From contig OZ281497.1 of NCBI GenBank assembly GCA_965637545.1, positions 22,072,001 through 22,136,000 on the forward strand: a stretch of DNA of 64,000 bases. The letters run 5' to 3'. The notes under the pieces were generated by a model. It was not told the DNA's origin. It did no database searches and was given only the letters and a program-made list of their open reading frames with translations. Positions 1 to 13,864 of this stretch are shown piece after piece. The position numbers and the translations under genes were made by a program. Source of the DNA: Phallusia mammillata. Taxonomy: Eukaryota. How positions within the stretch are numbered: position 1 is the stretch's first letter; every line of letters starts with the position of its first letter.

Positions 1-1359
1 ACCAAGTTGGGTGTTGTTATCAAATTGAGTTTGAGCACCAAAGGTGATTCAGTACCTGATAAAATTCGTTTTAAACGTAACAGCCAGCAGGTGTGTGTGT
101 GGGGTGTCTGTTTGTTTTTGTCTTTGGTACGTTCAGATCAAAGATATGACCACCTTGTAGTTTCCCTTTAACGCATTTTCCTTTGCTCCTTTCTTGCACG
201 GAGGTAGAATCGCATTAATTTCCGCGTATAGTGACTTCCGAAAGTGGTGCGCTAAGGCTACAGTTACAAATATTCCAAGCTCCCCTTAATCGGTAGGGCA
301 AAAACCCCTGTTTAGAAAAATCACCCATCGCCAAGTTTTCTGATCTTTTCTGATCAAAAGCAACTTTATGTATGGAACTAAGTTACATCAGCATTGATTT
401 AATGATGAAACTCGACAGTGAATTTGAAAAACACCGCCCCAAGAGAGACTTACTGAATACCAGCTCCTAAGTGCGAGGACGTTTCGTTGACAAAGTAAAA
501 AAGGTGAACAGCTTTATAGGGTGGGATTACATGTATACTTAGACGCAGTATGTGGCTAAAGCAGCCTGCCGCAAGTGCCCACGTTTTGGAAGCTTTGTTT
601 GGTAAATTAAAACCTTTATTGCAATGTTTATTTTAAAACTGACATTGCAATGTTTATTTTTGAAACCGTTATTGCGATGTTTATTTAAACTGTCAATGTA
701 GTGTTTATTTTACACTTTGTGAAGTGACTAATGGAGAAGAGATAGAATACTCTTGTGGACTCAATCCACCCACAACACACCAGCTCGTGCTGTTTAATTG
801 AGTGAAGGTTAGAAGTGAAGAAATTCATTTGTAAAGATATTTGCCAGTATTATTCTACCATCTTGCATCTTTGAGTCATGGTACAGACTTGAAATAGGCT
901 GCTCAGAAATATAAAAAGCAGAGCAGTTTCCCATTTTGATTTTTGTATGTTGCATCTCGATCCTTTAAAACGCGGCCTTTAACGATCTTTTTTGCAAATA
1001 TGTATTGTTGTTGTTAATCCTGTTAAGGCAAGAATTTTATCTCCAGGTTTGTGCCCAAATTAAAAAAGTCACTTGCAAAGACTTTGTGATAGTCGCCGAG
1101 ATCTGTATTTATCGTTGTCTTTATTCTTAGTCACAAAATCAGGACACACTTGGTTAAAAAAAAAAACGTTGTGGGCCAGATAGTCCATGGACCAGATAGC
1201 TTAGATACTGTGTAGTCTAGTAAACGTTGTTTCGTGGCTGGCCATGTCTCATTTAGTGATAAAGTGCCTCTGAAGGATTTAACCCATAAAAAGAGTATAT
1301 GCTGTCGCCAACATAAAGCAAACACTGAAAGCGCGCTGCTAAACAAACAATTGAGTTAC

Positions 1360-2945
1360 ATATATATGGCAATATAAACAAAAGCAGCAACCACTGGCCA
1401 ATCAGCTATGGGAAGTGGTAGGCATTAGAATTCAGACGAAAAAAAACGACAATTTTATTAAACTAGGCTAAAAAAACACCACGCATTTTTAAACACTGAT
1501 GACGTCATTTCCGTCGTGTTTGTAATTCGCCTGTCAGGTAATTGTTTTATGCAGTCATTTATGAGCAGTCTCTCAGAGATTGGATGGCCGTTGTTTTGGA
1601 TGGCAGTTTCTCAGCTGTATATTTGTACTTAGAGCAGCAGCAACAACTCTGATTAGTGCATAAAACACGTTTTTAACTTATTTAAATAGAAAAATTATAC
1701 AGAAATATAGATATTTAAAGAAGTGTAGATTATAATAATAGGCGAAATACTGTATAAGCAATAATATTCTAAGTCTCAGAAAAAACAAAAAACAAAAGGA
1801 TCACTCGTGCTTAAGCGTTTACTTAAATTCCTGAAGCGTTTGCATTATTCGTTTATAAAGTTTACTTTACGTTACACATTAATCTTCATACTGTACATGC
1901 GTTTATGTGTGAGCGACACTTAAATAAAGGCATCGGTAAAAGTCATTTTGTTGCCAAATACTGAGTGAAACTAAAATATGTCGTTCCAAGTTGGAACTAC
2001 TTGTCCTAACGTACATCTGTGCTGATTTATAGAAAAATATTAGGCGCGGAATGTATTTTTTAAATTTTTCGATTTTTTGTGAAAATCCGCACGCAGTGAT
2101 GCTGGGATTCACATTTTCGCACTTTCTATTTCGGCGAAATGATAATGATAAAATATGTCATTGTAAGCCTGAGCTTTTTGCACATAATTTGTTTTCAATT
2201 GTTCTGTGTTGGTATAAAATTAACACGTGAAAAAGGTTTAGTCACTGCACCTGTGAGGATATTACATATTATAGGCTCTGTTTGCCAGCAGACGTGCCAT
2301 GTAACGGTGTTAGTACTTCCGCATTGCACCTTCGCGTGTTTTTTTTTACAAAATACGTAGCTTTATCCACGGTAAAGCCGACAGACTAGCAATTACAGTC
2401 TCACCTGCACATTATATCAAACACAAATTTTGTACATCTTTATATGTTACTTGCTGTCAAGATTATAGTGTGTTTGATTATTTTGTAATTGAACATCAAC
2501 ATAATGTTGTGGAGCAATGTCGTATGAACTTCATGACAATAAAAACGGGCACATAAGCGACATGGTTGTACTATTCAGACATTTATTGAAGATAAGAAAC
2601 TACCTGTTTTTAACATAAACGTGTTTGGGAAAATTTAGAAATAAAATGACGTCGGTTTGCTTTTGGTAAGAGTAGAAAGAGGTCAAACAAACCATTAGCA
2701 CGCAAACTGTACACAGGTTGATTTATCTCCCGCATGACATCAGGCAGACGGGGTAAGGGTTCTCAGGCGTGATAAGAAGGAGAAATTTCGTAATACTTCA
2801 GGTTGAAAAACATATTAAAGCGTGTGTCTCTAACAAAACGTTTTCTCAAATCAACAAAGCAAAATGATCGGGGTCAAATGCTTAAAACGATAAAGTATTT
2901 TGTTACCGTTATTTCTTTATATATTACCACAACTGCACGTTGTAG
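1360..2945. repeat. Non-coding tandem duplication, copy 1
   Basis: 1360-2787 aligns by eye with 3085-4497 (anchors 'tggcaatataaaca..gcagcaaccactgg' and 'gataagaaggagaaatt'). 2791-2945 aligns with 5964-6127. Confidence 0.9.
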
Positions 2946-4821
2946 CGTATTCGATACGCTTATTCGATACGCATTTCTCTCGTTTTCGAAAAAGAAAAAG
3001 GCAAAGCGTATCAGACTTCTCCGATTCTCGATGCGCTCGGCACAGGTGGATTGAATACGCTTATGCGCCAATACGCTTAGGAGTATATATGTGGCAATAT
3101 AAACAGAAGCAGCAACCACTGGTCAATCAGCTATGGGAAGTGGTAGGCATTAGAATTCAGAAGAAAAAAACGACGATTTTATTAAACGTGGCAAAAAAAC
3201 ACCACGCATTTCGCCTGCCAGGTGATTGCTTTATGCAGTCATTTATGAGCGACGTCTCAGAGATTCGATGGCCGTTGTTTTGGGTGGCAGTTTCTCAGCT
3301 GTATATTTGTACTGAGAACAGCAGCAACAACTCTACTTAGTGCACGTTTTTACCTTATTTAAATAGAACAATTATACAGAAAATATAGTTTTAAAGAAAT
3401 GTAGATTATAATAACAGGCAAAATATAAGCAATAATATAAGTCTCAGAAAAAAACAAAAAAGCAAACAGATTACTAGTGCGTAAGCGTTTACTTAAATTC
3501 CTGAAGCGTTTGCATTGTTCGTTTGTAGAGTTTACTTTACGTTACACATTATTCATCATACTGTACATGCGTTTAGTATGTGTGAGCGACACTTAAATAA
3601 AGGCTTCGGTAAAAGTCATTTCGTTGGCAAATATTGAGTGAAACTAAAATATGTCGTTCTGAGTTGAAACTACTTGTTATTAACGCACATCTTTGCCGAT
3701 TTATAGAAAAATATTAGGCCCGGAATGTATTTTGATTTACTTCTTTAATATGGACTGTTAAAAAAATGATGAATTTCGATTTTTTGTGAAATCCGCACGC
3801 AGTGATGCTGGGATTCACATTTTCGCACTTTCTATTTCGGCGAAATGATAATGGTAAAATATGTCATTGTAAGCCTGAGGTTTTTGCACATTGTTTGTAT
3901 TCAATTGTTCTTTGTTGGGCTTAAAATTAACACGTGAAAAAGGTTTAGTCACTGTTTGTACCTGTAAAGATTTTACACATTATAGGCTCTGTTTGCCAGC
4001 AGACGTGCCATGTAACGGTGTTAGTACTTCCGCATTGCACCTTCGCGTCTTTTTTTACAAAATACGTAGCTTTATCCACGGTAAAGCCGACAGACTAGCA
4101 ATTACAGTCTCACCTGCACATTATATCAAACACAAATTTTGTACATCTTTATATGTTACTTGCTGTCAAGATTATAGTGTGTTTGATTATTTTGTAATTG
4201 AACATCAACATAATGTTGTGGAGCAATGACGTATGAACTTCATGACAATAAAAACGGGCACATAAGCGACATAGTTGTACTATTCAGCCATTTATTGAAG
4301 GTAAGAAACTACCTGTTTTTAACATAAACGTGTTTGGGAAAATTTAGAAATAAAATGACGTCGGTTTGCTTTTGGTAAGAGTAGAAAGAGGTCAAACAAA
4401 CCATTAGCACGCAAACTGTACACAGGTTGATTTATCTCCCGCATGACATCAGGCAGACGGGGTAAGGGTTCTCAAGCGTGATAAGAAGGAGAAATTGTCA
4501 ACTGGAAAGTTATTTTTTACTTTTGTGTAGATTTTCTGAAAACGTATTAATTCAGATACGCTCAAAGTTAATTGATTAAGCAAGTCGCTGTTATGGTCAT
4601 ATGTGCCAACATATTTGTCAAAAAAATTTCTTGATTTTACTTGATGTTGTAAAGAAATATCTTTTGACTTGTGTCGCACTTCGAACTAATACGAAAATTT
4701 AGAAACGGTGATATAGCTTGTATTTTACTAATACGAAACATCAACAATCTATTGGCATTTGCTTTAATGTTTAAAACTTTAAGCTACAGATAAGAGGCGC
4801 GTCTTAAAGCATGTTTGTGAC

Positions 4822-5366
4822 CACTAGCGTATTTAGGGGGGGGGAAGGTGCCATGCCCCCCCCCCCTCAAGAAATTTTGACCGGCTGTTTTAGTATTGAA
4901 TCTTGCAACTTCAGACAAAACTGTAAATGGCAATGTGCGTAACGCATTGATGCTCGTCACACATCAATAAACAATGCCAATCTAGGCCACTTGGCGTCCA
5001 ACTGCGCGTATGACGTCACAATGGATTTTATAATAACTTTGTTATGTCACACTCATACAAGTGAAGATAATTCACAATGTGATTAAGAGGCAACCACTGT
5101 AAGAAACAACTGTGTCGAGTGTTAAAAAGTGTTACATATAGGCCTATACGATCGAATCGTGACTATAACGTTCGTTACTTACAGCAAGAGTAAGGGCTTC
5201 ACAGGGCCTTAGGCTAACCAGCATTTAGTTGATATTGCGAGTTTAGTAGGCACAACAGGTGCTAACAGAGAGGTCTACCGCCAGATGGCGCATTTCCGCC
5301 GCAAGGTGGCGCAAAATATTTTGTATTATTGGCCCCCCCAAAAAAACGATCCTAGATACGCCACTG
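4822..5366. mobile_element. hAT-type MITE (CAGTGGCGTA-type termini)
   Basis: Perfect 8-bp TSD tttgtgac (4814-4821, 5367-5374). TIRs cactagcgtatttagg / cctagatacgccactg (3 mismatches). Subterminal poly-G and poly-C tracts. Confidence 0.88.
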
Positions 5367-5429
5367 TTTGTGACAATACGAGCGTTAAAGTCTTATTTTC
5401 GGTTGGTTGCACAAGTGGAAACGTTACAC

Positions 5430-5879
5430 CAGTGTGGTCCAACTTTATTTTGTTGCGGGTCATTTAAAATCGTTAACTTACTACGCGGGCCAAGGTTTAA
5501 ATTTTTGCAGGAAAAACCTTTTTCTGGGCCAACTCTAGGGTAACTATACACCTTTTTTACCTATAGATAAGTTTATTTTTATACTTTATAGTTATTTACT
5601 TAGTAGAAGCTGTCAAAAATATTCAGTTTCCACTCTAGCGCAGAAATGCCCCTGAACGGTTTGGAGAAGCAGAACCCTTTATTACATAACAATGCCTTGT
5701 CATGCGTCACAATAGGAGATTTTATAGCATTTAGTGTGCGTTAATCCTGATATATTAAAAACATTGAATTACTGAAGACAAAACTTATAGTTGTCATTAA
5801 AATGTTGGGACTTTCGCGGGCCAACAAAATTATCTCGCGGGCCACAATTGGCCCGCGGGCCTGCAGTTGGACCACGCTG
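5430..5879. mobile_element. hAT (Charlie/Buster-like) MITE
   Basis: Perfect 8-bp TSD cgttacac. 15-bp TIR cagtgtggtccaact / agttggaccacgctg (1 mismatch). Subterminal cgcgggcc motifs. Confidence 0.92.
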
Positions 5880-7122
5880 CGTTACACCATCCACAAAGAA
5901 GAAATAAGTCTATAGCTTTCTAGATTTTTGTCCATCTTCAACCCCTGTTGTTGGACGGTATTGTAATATTTCAGGTTAAAAACATATTAAATGTGTGTCT
6001 GTAACAAAATGTTTTCTCAAATAAACGAAGCAAAATAATCGGGGTCAAATGCTCAAAACGATAAAGTATTTTGTTACCGTTATTTCTTTATATATTACCA
6101 CAAGTTGTCGCTGACTCTGCACGTTGTATCGGGGATGAATCATGACAATCCGTACTGTCTTGCAGTTGGTTTCATGCTTCAGTTATTTGACGTCCTTTGG
6201 GAAAAACTGTCTCTAGACGTTTTTCTGAAGTTCTCAGAAAGGTGAATCATTGCGCATCAGGCGGGTTGGTTTTTAAGTAAGGGTTACTCATTCGAACTTT
6301 ATGAGGGTTGGTTGTTGAGCCTTAACATGTCTGCTTAGTACAGCCCATTTTGCGTAGGTGTCTATAATGGCACTGGATTATTATCAATACGCTTTTAGAA
6401 GGCCTGGAATATCCTGTATTGTATTCTTTACAGAATGAATATTTTAGATGAGATCTTTTTTGTATGCGGTTTAATGATGACCAATAGCATTTCGTCTGGA
6501 TAATTTAAAGTATTAGGAATATTATATTGTATAAAAGTTCGTCAGCAAATCTTTTCTGTTTATGAGGTTTTGAAAGACATTGAACTCGCAAAATGCTGGT
6601 AGACTGGTTATTAACTAACTTAAACCAATCAAGCTACGGTGGCAACTAAATAGTGATATTGTGCTTTTTTTGGATACTTTTGTGTCACATTTTATGTCGC
6701 ACGCTTCACTTGCAACTTGTATTGGAATGTTAGAAAACTTACTGTGGGTTTATAGAGAAAGATAACTCCCCAAATTTAGATTTGAAAAGCGAAATGCTAA
6801 TGACATCATCAGTGATAAAACATTTGATTTATAAATCATGTCGCGTTTTAAATCTATTTGTGCCGTTATTTTCTTCATAAAACTTATGAACAAATCCATA
6901 TATGGTGCTTCACTGTATGTGTTTACATACGTTTTTCGATAGATATGACTTTAAAATGTTTTAAACATCTAACTTTGTTTTTGTCAATAAATAATGCAAT
7001 GCAGGAAAGATTATTGTGCACAATTCCAACTGTAATCCTGCAACTGTCTCATTTAGCGAGTTAGTTTTTATACCTCCTAATTGTTGCGGTAAAAGGTTTG
7101 ACTTTGTATTGTTTTTCGTTTT

Positions 7123-8211
7123 TACTTGAGTGGATTATCTGACATATTTGTCGGAGAAAGGACCAATGCGTATTTTTAGTCACGAGCAGCACCGAACACT
7201 TTTAGAAGGTAACGATTTCGCGTAAGCAGCGCATTGTAATCGCTATGGCTGACTACATTGTGAACTACCAGCCATTGTGAACTACCAGGCTTGGTTGGCC
7301 GTCAATGTCAAAATAAATGTAACCTTTGAAAACCCGCACACCTTGGCATGGGTTTACTGTCCTGTATAGCCCACTAGTAGCAACATCCTTTCTTGTTACT
7401 ATGAGGCGTACGCTAGTGTTTTCACCTGTTCTTACGCGGTTTTGTTTAACTTGAATTAACGCAAAACTTAACCATAAAAACATACTGACGAAGTAGCAGT
7501 ACTCAGGTAACAGAATCGATCAACATAAAGCTGCTAAAACCGTCGATATTGTTAGTCCACAAACTTTAGCTGCGTTCGGCGACATAGGGTATCTTTGGTA
7601 TCAGAAGGAAATATCTTTGGCAAACTAATTGTCACACTCATCCACATGCATTTGAATTCATAGGGGACATTTCGCCAAAAACGTATTAAATATTATTATT
7701 TGCAGTTGGTAGTGGCGTTATGGTGGCCATTAAACTTCGTTACATAACTTCAAGTAATACGTTTTCAAGTCAGTAGCCAAAAAACATTTCAGTGCATCGA
7801 AATTGCCATTGTCATTACTGCTTAATGGAACAAGTGATATTTAAAAGGCAAATAAACAAATCCCCTACAACGAATTTTCTGGGCTTTAAGTTAACGCATT
7901 GATATATTAAATAAAGGAACCATAACTTTTGAGAGCTTGCGAAAAAATATTTCGCCATCCATAATTTTATTCAATGGTTCGCTGGCGTCAAGTCAACGAC
8001 TAGTCTCGCACAAATGCATGTTTTGTTTGGTATGGCTTCACGCTTTTGTCCAGATGTAATTTTTCATTGGTATCTCGCTTTGTGTTTAAGAAGTTTAGTA
8101 GAGTTGAGCTCAACTGCGATATAGCTTTCAAACGTGACTCTCGTTTATTTAATCTGTTTTGCTGACAAGTTAGTTCAAGTTTTCCGAGGCGTATATATAC
8201 CATGTCTGACT
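7123..8211 (-). pseudogene. Possible decayed multi-exon gene of unknown family
   Basis: Several AG...GT bounded blocks read as protein-like sequence (LPKIFPSDTKDTLCRRTQLKFVD*QYRRF*QLYVDRFCYL..; GENTSVRLIVTRKDVATSGLYRTVNPCQGVRVFKGYIYFDIDGQPSLVVHN). They contain stops and a 17-bp internal duplication near 7256-7290. No family recognised. Confidence 0.25.
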
Positions 8212-10147
8212 GTGGAATTTACTTTGATTTGAACCTGAGGTTTGTAAATAGACCCTTTAGCTATGGCAAAATAACCTGTGAAGTTAATGAAAGACCCAAT
8301 TTTAAATGGTCGTTGTATGGTTTAGCATCTACTATGCAGTATATTACGGAGTAATGAACATGTGTTGAATTGTTAAGGAAGGAATCCGTCGATAAACGTT
8401 AGGAACTGCTCATATATGATTTAAGAATAGTTGCCGGATTTAAACTACAAACAAAGAAAAATACTTCAAGCAGATGTGAATAAATTTAGGAACTAATACT
8501 CTCTGAAGCTTTTTTTTCTACACCACAACTAATAGGTAGACTCCGGGAGTCGTTAAAGTGCTGACTTCTGATGTGTATGGGACAAGAACATTCACGAGTC
8601 AGTGGTCATGAACCTATTGTGACGGTAACTACTTTAGAGTGGTGATTTAGACTGATTACGGGTTGTGCTAGGTACAGTCGACAGTTTAATTTAGTAGAGT
8701 CAGTTGTTTATGCCTTTATCATAGAATTTTTCTCAGAAACTATTACTGGCACTGTGCGACACAATGTCGGAAAGACTGTCATACCGTGACCAATGGCATT
8801 TTGGGCATGAAAAACACGGTATATAACTTTTGGACCCAAGTAAACAGTGCAAAGTTTTATTTAGTGGGTTTGCATGTCTGTCCATAATAAGTTTTGATGT
8901 TTCAATATAATAGTTTAGAATTAAAAAACATAATTGGTCGCTTAACGGTAATACTGGTAGTGAGGTTTTGTTCTGTTTCTAATTCTGCGGGATACGAAAA
9001 AGTAACCAATATCTGCGCAAACACACCTGTAAGTAAAATGATTTCGTTTCGAGTTTGCCGTGTTTCGATTAGTGACAAAAAATGACACGTTTCTAGCTTT
9101 GTTTTGGTCGCTATAACAAAGCATGTGGTGACACGTCAGTTATCGAATCATAATGCCGGAAACAGGTGCCCACTGTAAAAGTTGAGCAAAATGATTCCAT
9201 AAGTTTCAATGCACTGTAGGTCTATAATGGTGTACATTTGGACATATTGTTTTGTCAGTGGACATTTATGCACTAAACTGCAATGTTGAATTACAGTGGT
9301 TTCAGTGGTTGCTTGATGAATTTTAGTCAGTCTGAAGTTTTATATAGAATTATCTGGTTAACTTATACAGTCTGCGAACCTGAACGAAAAACTAGTTGAA
9401 AGCATTTTTTTCATTCAATTTGTGCTATTCTTTAGAGTCAAGTAAAAGTGAAATTATAAGGAAAAAAAGATAATTATCTTTATTTGTTGTGTGAACAATA
9501 GTACCAAGTGCACATTTTAAAAATTTTAAGCTACCATAAAGGTTTTGCACCCATAGACCACTGAAATCTATCTAGCATCTTCGCCAGATTGGGACCTCTT
9601 TGTGTACTAGACCTATATTGTTTAATGTCTGGTTGTTCCAAAGAACGTTGGTTTAAAACATCAAGTTATAAGACCAAAAAGTGCCAAGTTTTGGCCTCTA
9701 TGCTCCCCGGATTACACCACTGCGTGTATGGAATATTTTTAGCAATATCAGGCGTTCTATATATTGACTAATTCTGAGTTAGGCGTGCATTAAATAACTT
9801 TGAGTTGTTCAATATTTTATCCCAGGTTTTTAGTTACAAAACAACACAGATTTGACCGATTAGGCGTACATTAAATGAAAGTATCGAAAAATCTTTTTAA
9901 TTATTTTCCAGTTAAAGAATGTGTGAAAGGCAAACTAAAGTTATGTAATTTTTCACCAGCCCATAGTTGCAATACTCGCTCGTTTTAACCATAATAGTAA
10001 CTATACCTATGATAGTAAGATATTTACATTCGATAGGATACTGGCATACTGACATACTGTGTTACTGTTGGTAGGTCTATCATGCGAGTTACTTGCTGCA
10101 GTATATTGTGTTGGGTAACCAATAGTGGTATGTGCAGGTAGTTAAAA

Positions 10148-10591
10148 TAGAATGCATCGAATCGGCTTTTTGTGGGTTCGAGCGAAACCGCATATTCAGC
10201 TTTTTGCTGTTTTGCCAAATCAGTTCGGCCGAATCACTCGAATCGTTGTATGACGTCACTTGAAGTCGTACACTGCGCGTTTGACATGAAAAAGCTTTTT
10301 TCCTCCAAGCAAACAGTGGTGTATTACAGATGGTTGTGTTTCATTATCATTTTAGTTCTGTGGGGTTTAAGGTTACCTCACCCACGGTTGCCAGTCTGTC
10401 AAAGAATTACTGGCTTTATGTCTGGAGTGGGGAAAAATCACGATAATTAAAGCGATTTTAGGCAGTTTGAAAGATTGTGTAGTACCCTACTAAGCAGAAA
10501 AAGACAGGTTATTCGGCCAAAAACAAATCTTTGTAAAAATGGCCTACTCAGTCGAAAAAATTCGGTAAACCGAATATTCGGTACATCTTTA
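10148..10591. mobile_element. Degenerate hAT (TAG..CTA termini) MITE
   Basis: Imperfect TIR tagaatgcatcgaat / attcggtacatcttta. Repeated ccgaat/attcgg subterminal motifs. Imperfect flanks agttaaaa / gtttaaaa. Confidence 0.55.
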
Positions 10592-11749
10592 GTTTAAAAC
10601 ACCGAGTTATGTTTTGGCCCTTATGTCCCCCTGACTATGCCACTGTACATATGACATTTTCTTGCGATAATAGAAGACATTTCATTTCTTGACGAATTCT
10701 GAGGCTGAGACACTGCGTTACTCATTATTATTGTTTCTGGAATTTCAACCAACCACCTCACAGAATAGCAAAGTTTTATAGTGTAAGGCACACTTTTTAG
10801 TATACAAGAGTGAGGTTTGTAAGTGACGCGACTGTCCTAAGTATATTTCAACGTATTTAACATGTTTATATGAAGCGTCGTTATCACTCCACGTAGTAAC
10901 GTGGTTTTGTGATTATTTTCCACAAAAGTGTTACTGCTTTCCCTCTCAGTCTCAATTGTACGCGTCTGCGCAATTGCTAAATTTGATATTTGAACAATCG
11001 ATTTCCCACAATTTGGGGATATTCATTTGGATTTTTTGATTTTTTTTTATCCAACTCTAACCGAGTTTAAACAGCACACAAGGGTGTTTTACCTCTTCTC
11101 TGTTATAAGAAAAACGCTCGATTTCCCTTCAAATGAAAGGAAGGAAATAATTAAGATGAGTAAGGAAACACCAGTTAGATGTCTATTTACGGTTCCATAC
11201 ATGCAGTGACAGACGTAAGTGGTTACTTATATGGGACAGGGTCAGCAACATTTAAACAGGTCGCGTGCGCACATCGTTAGGCAAAGAATGTTACCTCAAC
11301 TGAAACCAATTAAGCAGCAGGATACGGTAAGCAATGCTCCAAAGGATGTGAATAAAATTAGGTTAGACCCACTTGTAGTCGACGACCAGCAAATTAAGTC
11401 GGGCATAACATGGTCCTGCGAAAAGTAATTGCCCGAGTCAGCAAGTGTTACAGTATAGCAAGTGCTACATATTCATATGTTAATTAATTTTATATCTTTA
11501 CGGGAGTGGTGAGAAACGAGTTTTGATCACCTTATTTATTCGAAACCCGACCGTTTATGCTGCTTACAACTGAGAGCGGCTTATAATTTTAATATCAGGC
11601 TGACATTTTTTGACTGCCTAGTATGCTACTATATGCGTTTAATGAGTGTGTAAAAACAATAAAATCGAGCAAATAAAGTATGTTTTTAAATTTCATTAGC
11701 CTGTACATGTACGGTATTTACACGTTTGGCTTTATTGATGCATTTAGAA

Positions 11750-12077
11750 CAGTGGATGACTTTCGGGTGGTCCACAGGACGTCCACCAAATTTGGTGATA
11801 AACTGGAGATGATTGCAGATTACATTTTGAAAGAGTATCAAAATGTTAGCTGTTAATAATTGTATCTCACTTCTTGAAAATCGGTTTTTGAAAAATGATG
11901 CTTCAACTCCAAATGGTTGTTTCGTATGGTTGTTTCGAATGGTTGTTTCGTATTTCCCAAATGGTTGTTTCGTATTTCGTATTCGGTTGCTTTAATGTTC
12001 CTCGAAAATTAAATGGTCCATGATATTATGTTTACTGGGTCGGTGGTCCATGGCCTAAAACGAGTTGAGAACTACTG
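11750..12077. mobile_element. Degenerate hAT MITE with internal atggttgtttcg x4 repeat
   Basis: cagtgg ... gttgagaactactg termini. Near-perfect TSD atttagaa / ctttagaa. Confidence 0.65.
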
Positions 12078-12758
12078 CTTTAGAATAAGAGAAAGTAGGT
12101 TACTACCTTTCGTTGACGATGCTTTTCTTATGTTTTGGTAACGCTGCATTTAATTCAGTAGCATTTGAGCATTTCGAATCGGCTATGGGACTTTGTATAT
12201 TTTCTTCTAGAGGTCTAATCGAAATTAGTTGACGAGAAGGGAAAAAAACATTAAACTACAAATTGCGTCTTATTCATAAGTGTACTACAGCATAATATTT
12301 AACGCTCATGTCAAAAAATGAACATAATGTCAGAATTTTATTTGTAAAGAACTTCTTACTATTTAACAAACCATTGAAGATGAACCACTCATAATAAGTT
12401 AGGTGGATTATAGTTTGTGTGCTTGTTCATGTGGGTTCAGTTTAAAGGCCTTTGTTCGGAGGATTTGTGAAGGAATGATCTTTAACCATTTTTTTCAAGT
12501 AAACCTATTTTTTTTACCAATAATTTAGATATAAATTGCGACCAGTACATCTGTTACACATTTTAAATTCTGAAATCAGAATCTGGCGTTTATGTGGATT
12601 AAGTATTTACTTTGTGATAAAAGGATTTTCAAACTTTCTTGTAGCCTGTAGATATGTTTGGTTATAAACGCTCATCTTGGTCAGTGTTTGCCGAGTAGCC
12701 TCAGTCAGTTACAGTCGCAGGAAAGACCACAAAATATTACTCTTCGCTTTGTCTAGAC

Positions 12759-13101
12759 CTGTGATTCTCAACAACCTATATGCCAGTATAGTTCAAACAA
12801 CTGTGTGCCACGCAAGTGTGTCGTGAGAGATTTCAAAGTGTACCGCGAAATATTCCCTATATTAAAAATGCAAACATTCCCTGGTGTTTTAGGACTTCGT
12901 GACGACAAGCTAGTGTGTATGGCAACGTTTCAAAGCTCATATTTTTGTTATTGGTAATGAAAAGCATCCTTACCAACCACAATAAAAGTGAACGTTAACA
13001 TTCTTTGAACAACTTTTGGTGAGTTTACCTGCGAACTGTGCCGCGTGAGAAAATTGTAGTTCGTTAATACGCCGCATGCTTAAAAAGTTTGAGAACCACT
13101 G
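12759..13101. mobile_element. Degenerate hAT MITE
   Basis: TIR ctgtgattctcaa / ttgagaaccactg. Flanks gtctagac / ggatagac. Confidence 0.65.
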
Positions 13102-13864
13102 GGATAGACTCTAGAATTAGTCAAAGCTAAACAAATACATTTCGTTTTGGCTGTGTCTGTTTGGCAACCAAATGTTATTCAAAAACGTAAAAAAAACAAT
13201 AAGATAAGTTTGCAACGGCCGTTAACAAAGTATATTTTCCTAATATGTAAGTTATATCTATTAAATGTTGAAAACATTTTATAAGATGTAGCCAAAACTA
13301 ACATCAGGCGAAGGTAATGTCAAGCCATAAGCAAACAAAAAACTTGTATTAAAAAACATGATCTACTTGGAATCTGTTTGTGTTCAACCCTTCCTACCAG
13401 TTATGTTAATATTTAACGAAAATTAACCGTACATACTGTGGACAGACGCGAAACAAACCCTGTTTAAGAAGGTGTCTCTATTTTTGTGTGCTTACCTACA
13501 CAGGACCGTTGACTGAAAAACGTAGAGTCGTATATGACGTAATTGTTACGGGTTTAGTCAATATTTTTTTTTTTTTTTTAGAGTCATTCCTTATTGCGTC
13601 CGATCGGACTGAAATAGCAGAAAAGTCCGATCGGACCAGCGGCCATGGAAACGGGATAATAGTTATCACTTTTTGTAATATCTGAAAATGACGAATCATG
13701 TGCCCCTATTTGATCAATATTTAACGAATATCAAAACCACCGATATAAATAAGAAACTAACATGTCACGAATTCAAACTTTCCAACAGTAGTAGAAAAAC
13801 ACTCAACAGCAAATACATCGCCCTCAACCCTACGTTTTGCTTCACAGATAAATCAGTAGACAGG

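Larger units (their letters stand above)
3085..6127. repeat. Non-coding tandem duplication, copy 2, with ~1.5 kb of extra sequence including two MITEs
   Basis: Colinear with copy 1 except for 4498-5963, which copy 1 lacks. Confidence 0.85.

Noticed and set aside
2803-4229. Short ORFs of 80-146 aa in the tandem duplication
   Set aside because: The frames are not conserved between the two copies and no domain is recognisable.
13688-13864. Upstream extension of the sulfotransferase ORF (MTNHVPL..)
   Set aside because: A pyrimidine-rich acceptor (ttttgcttcacag, ending 13848) precedes ATG 13865, which gives the typical short cytoplasmic tail. The extension is probably intronic.
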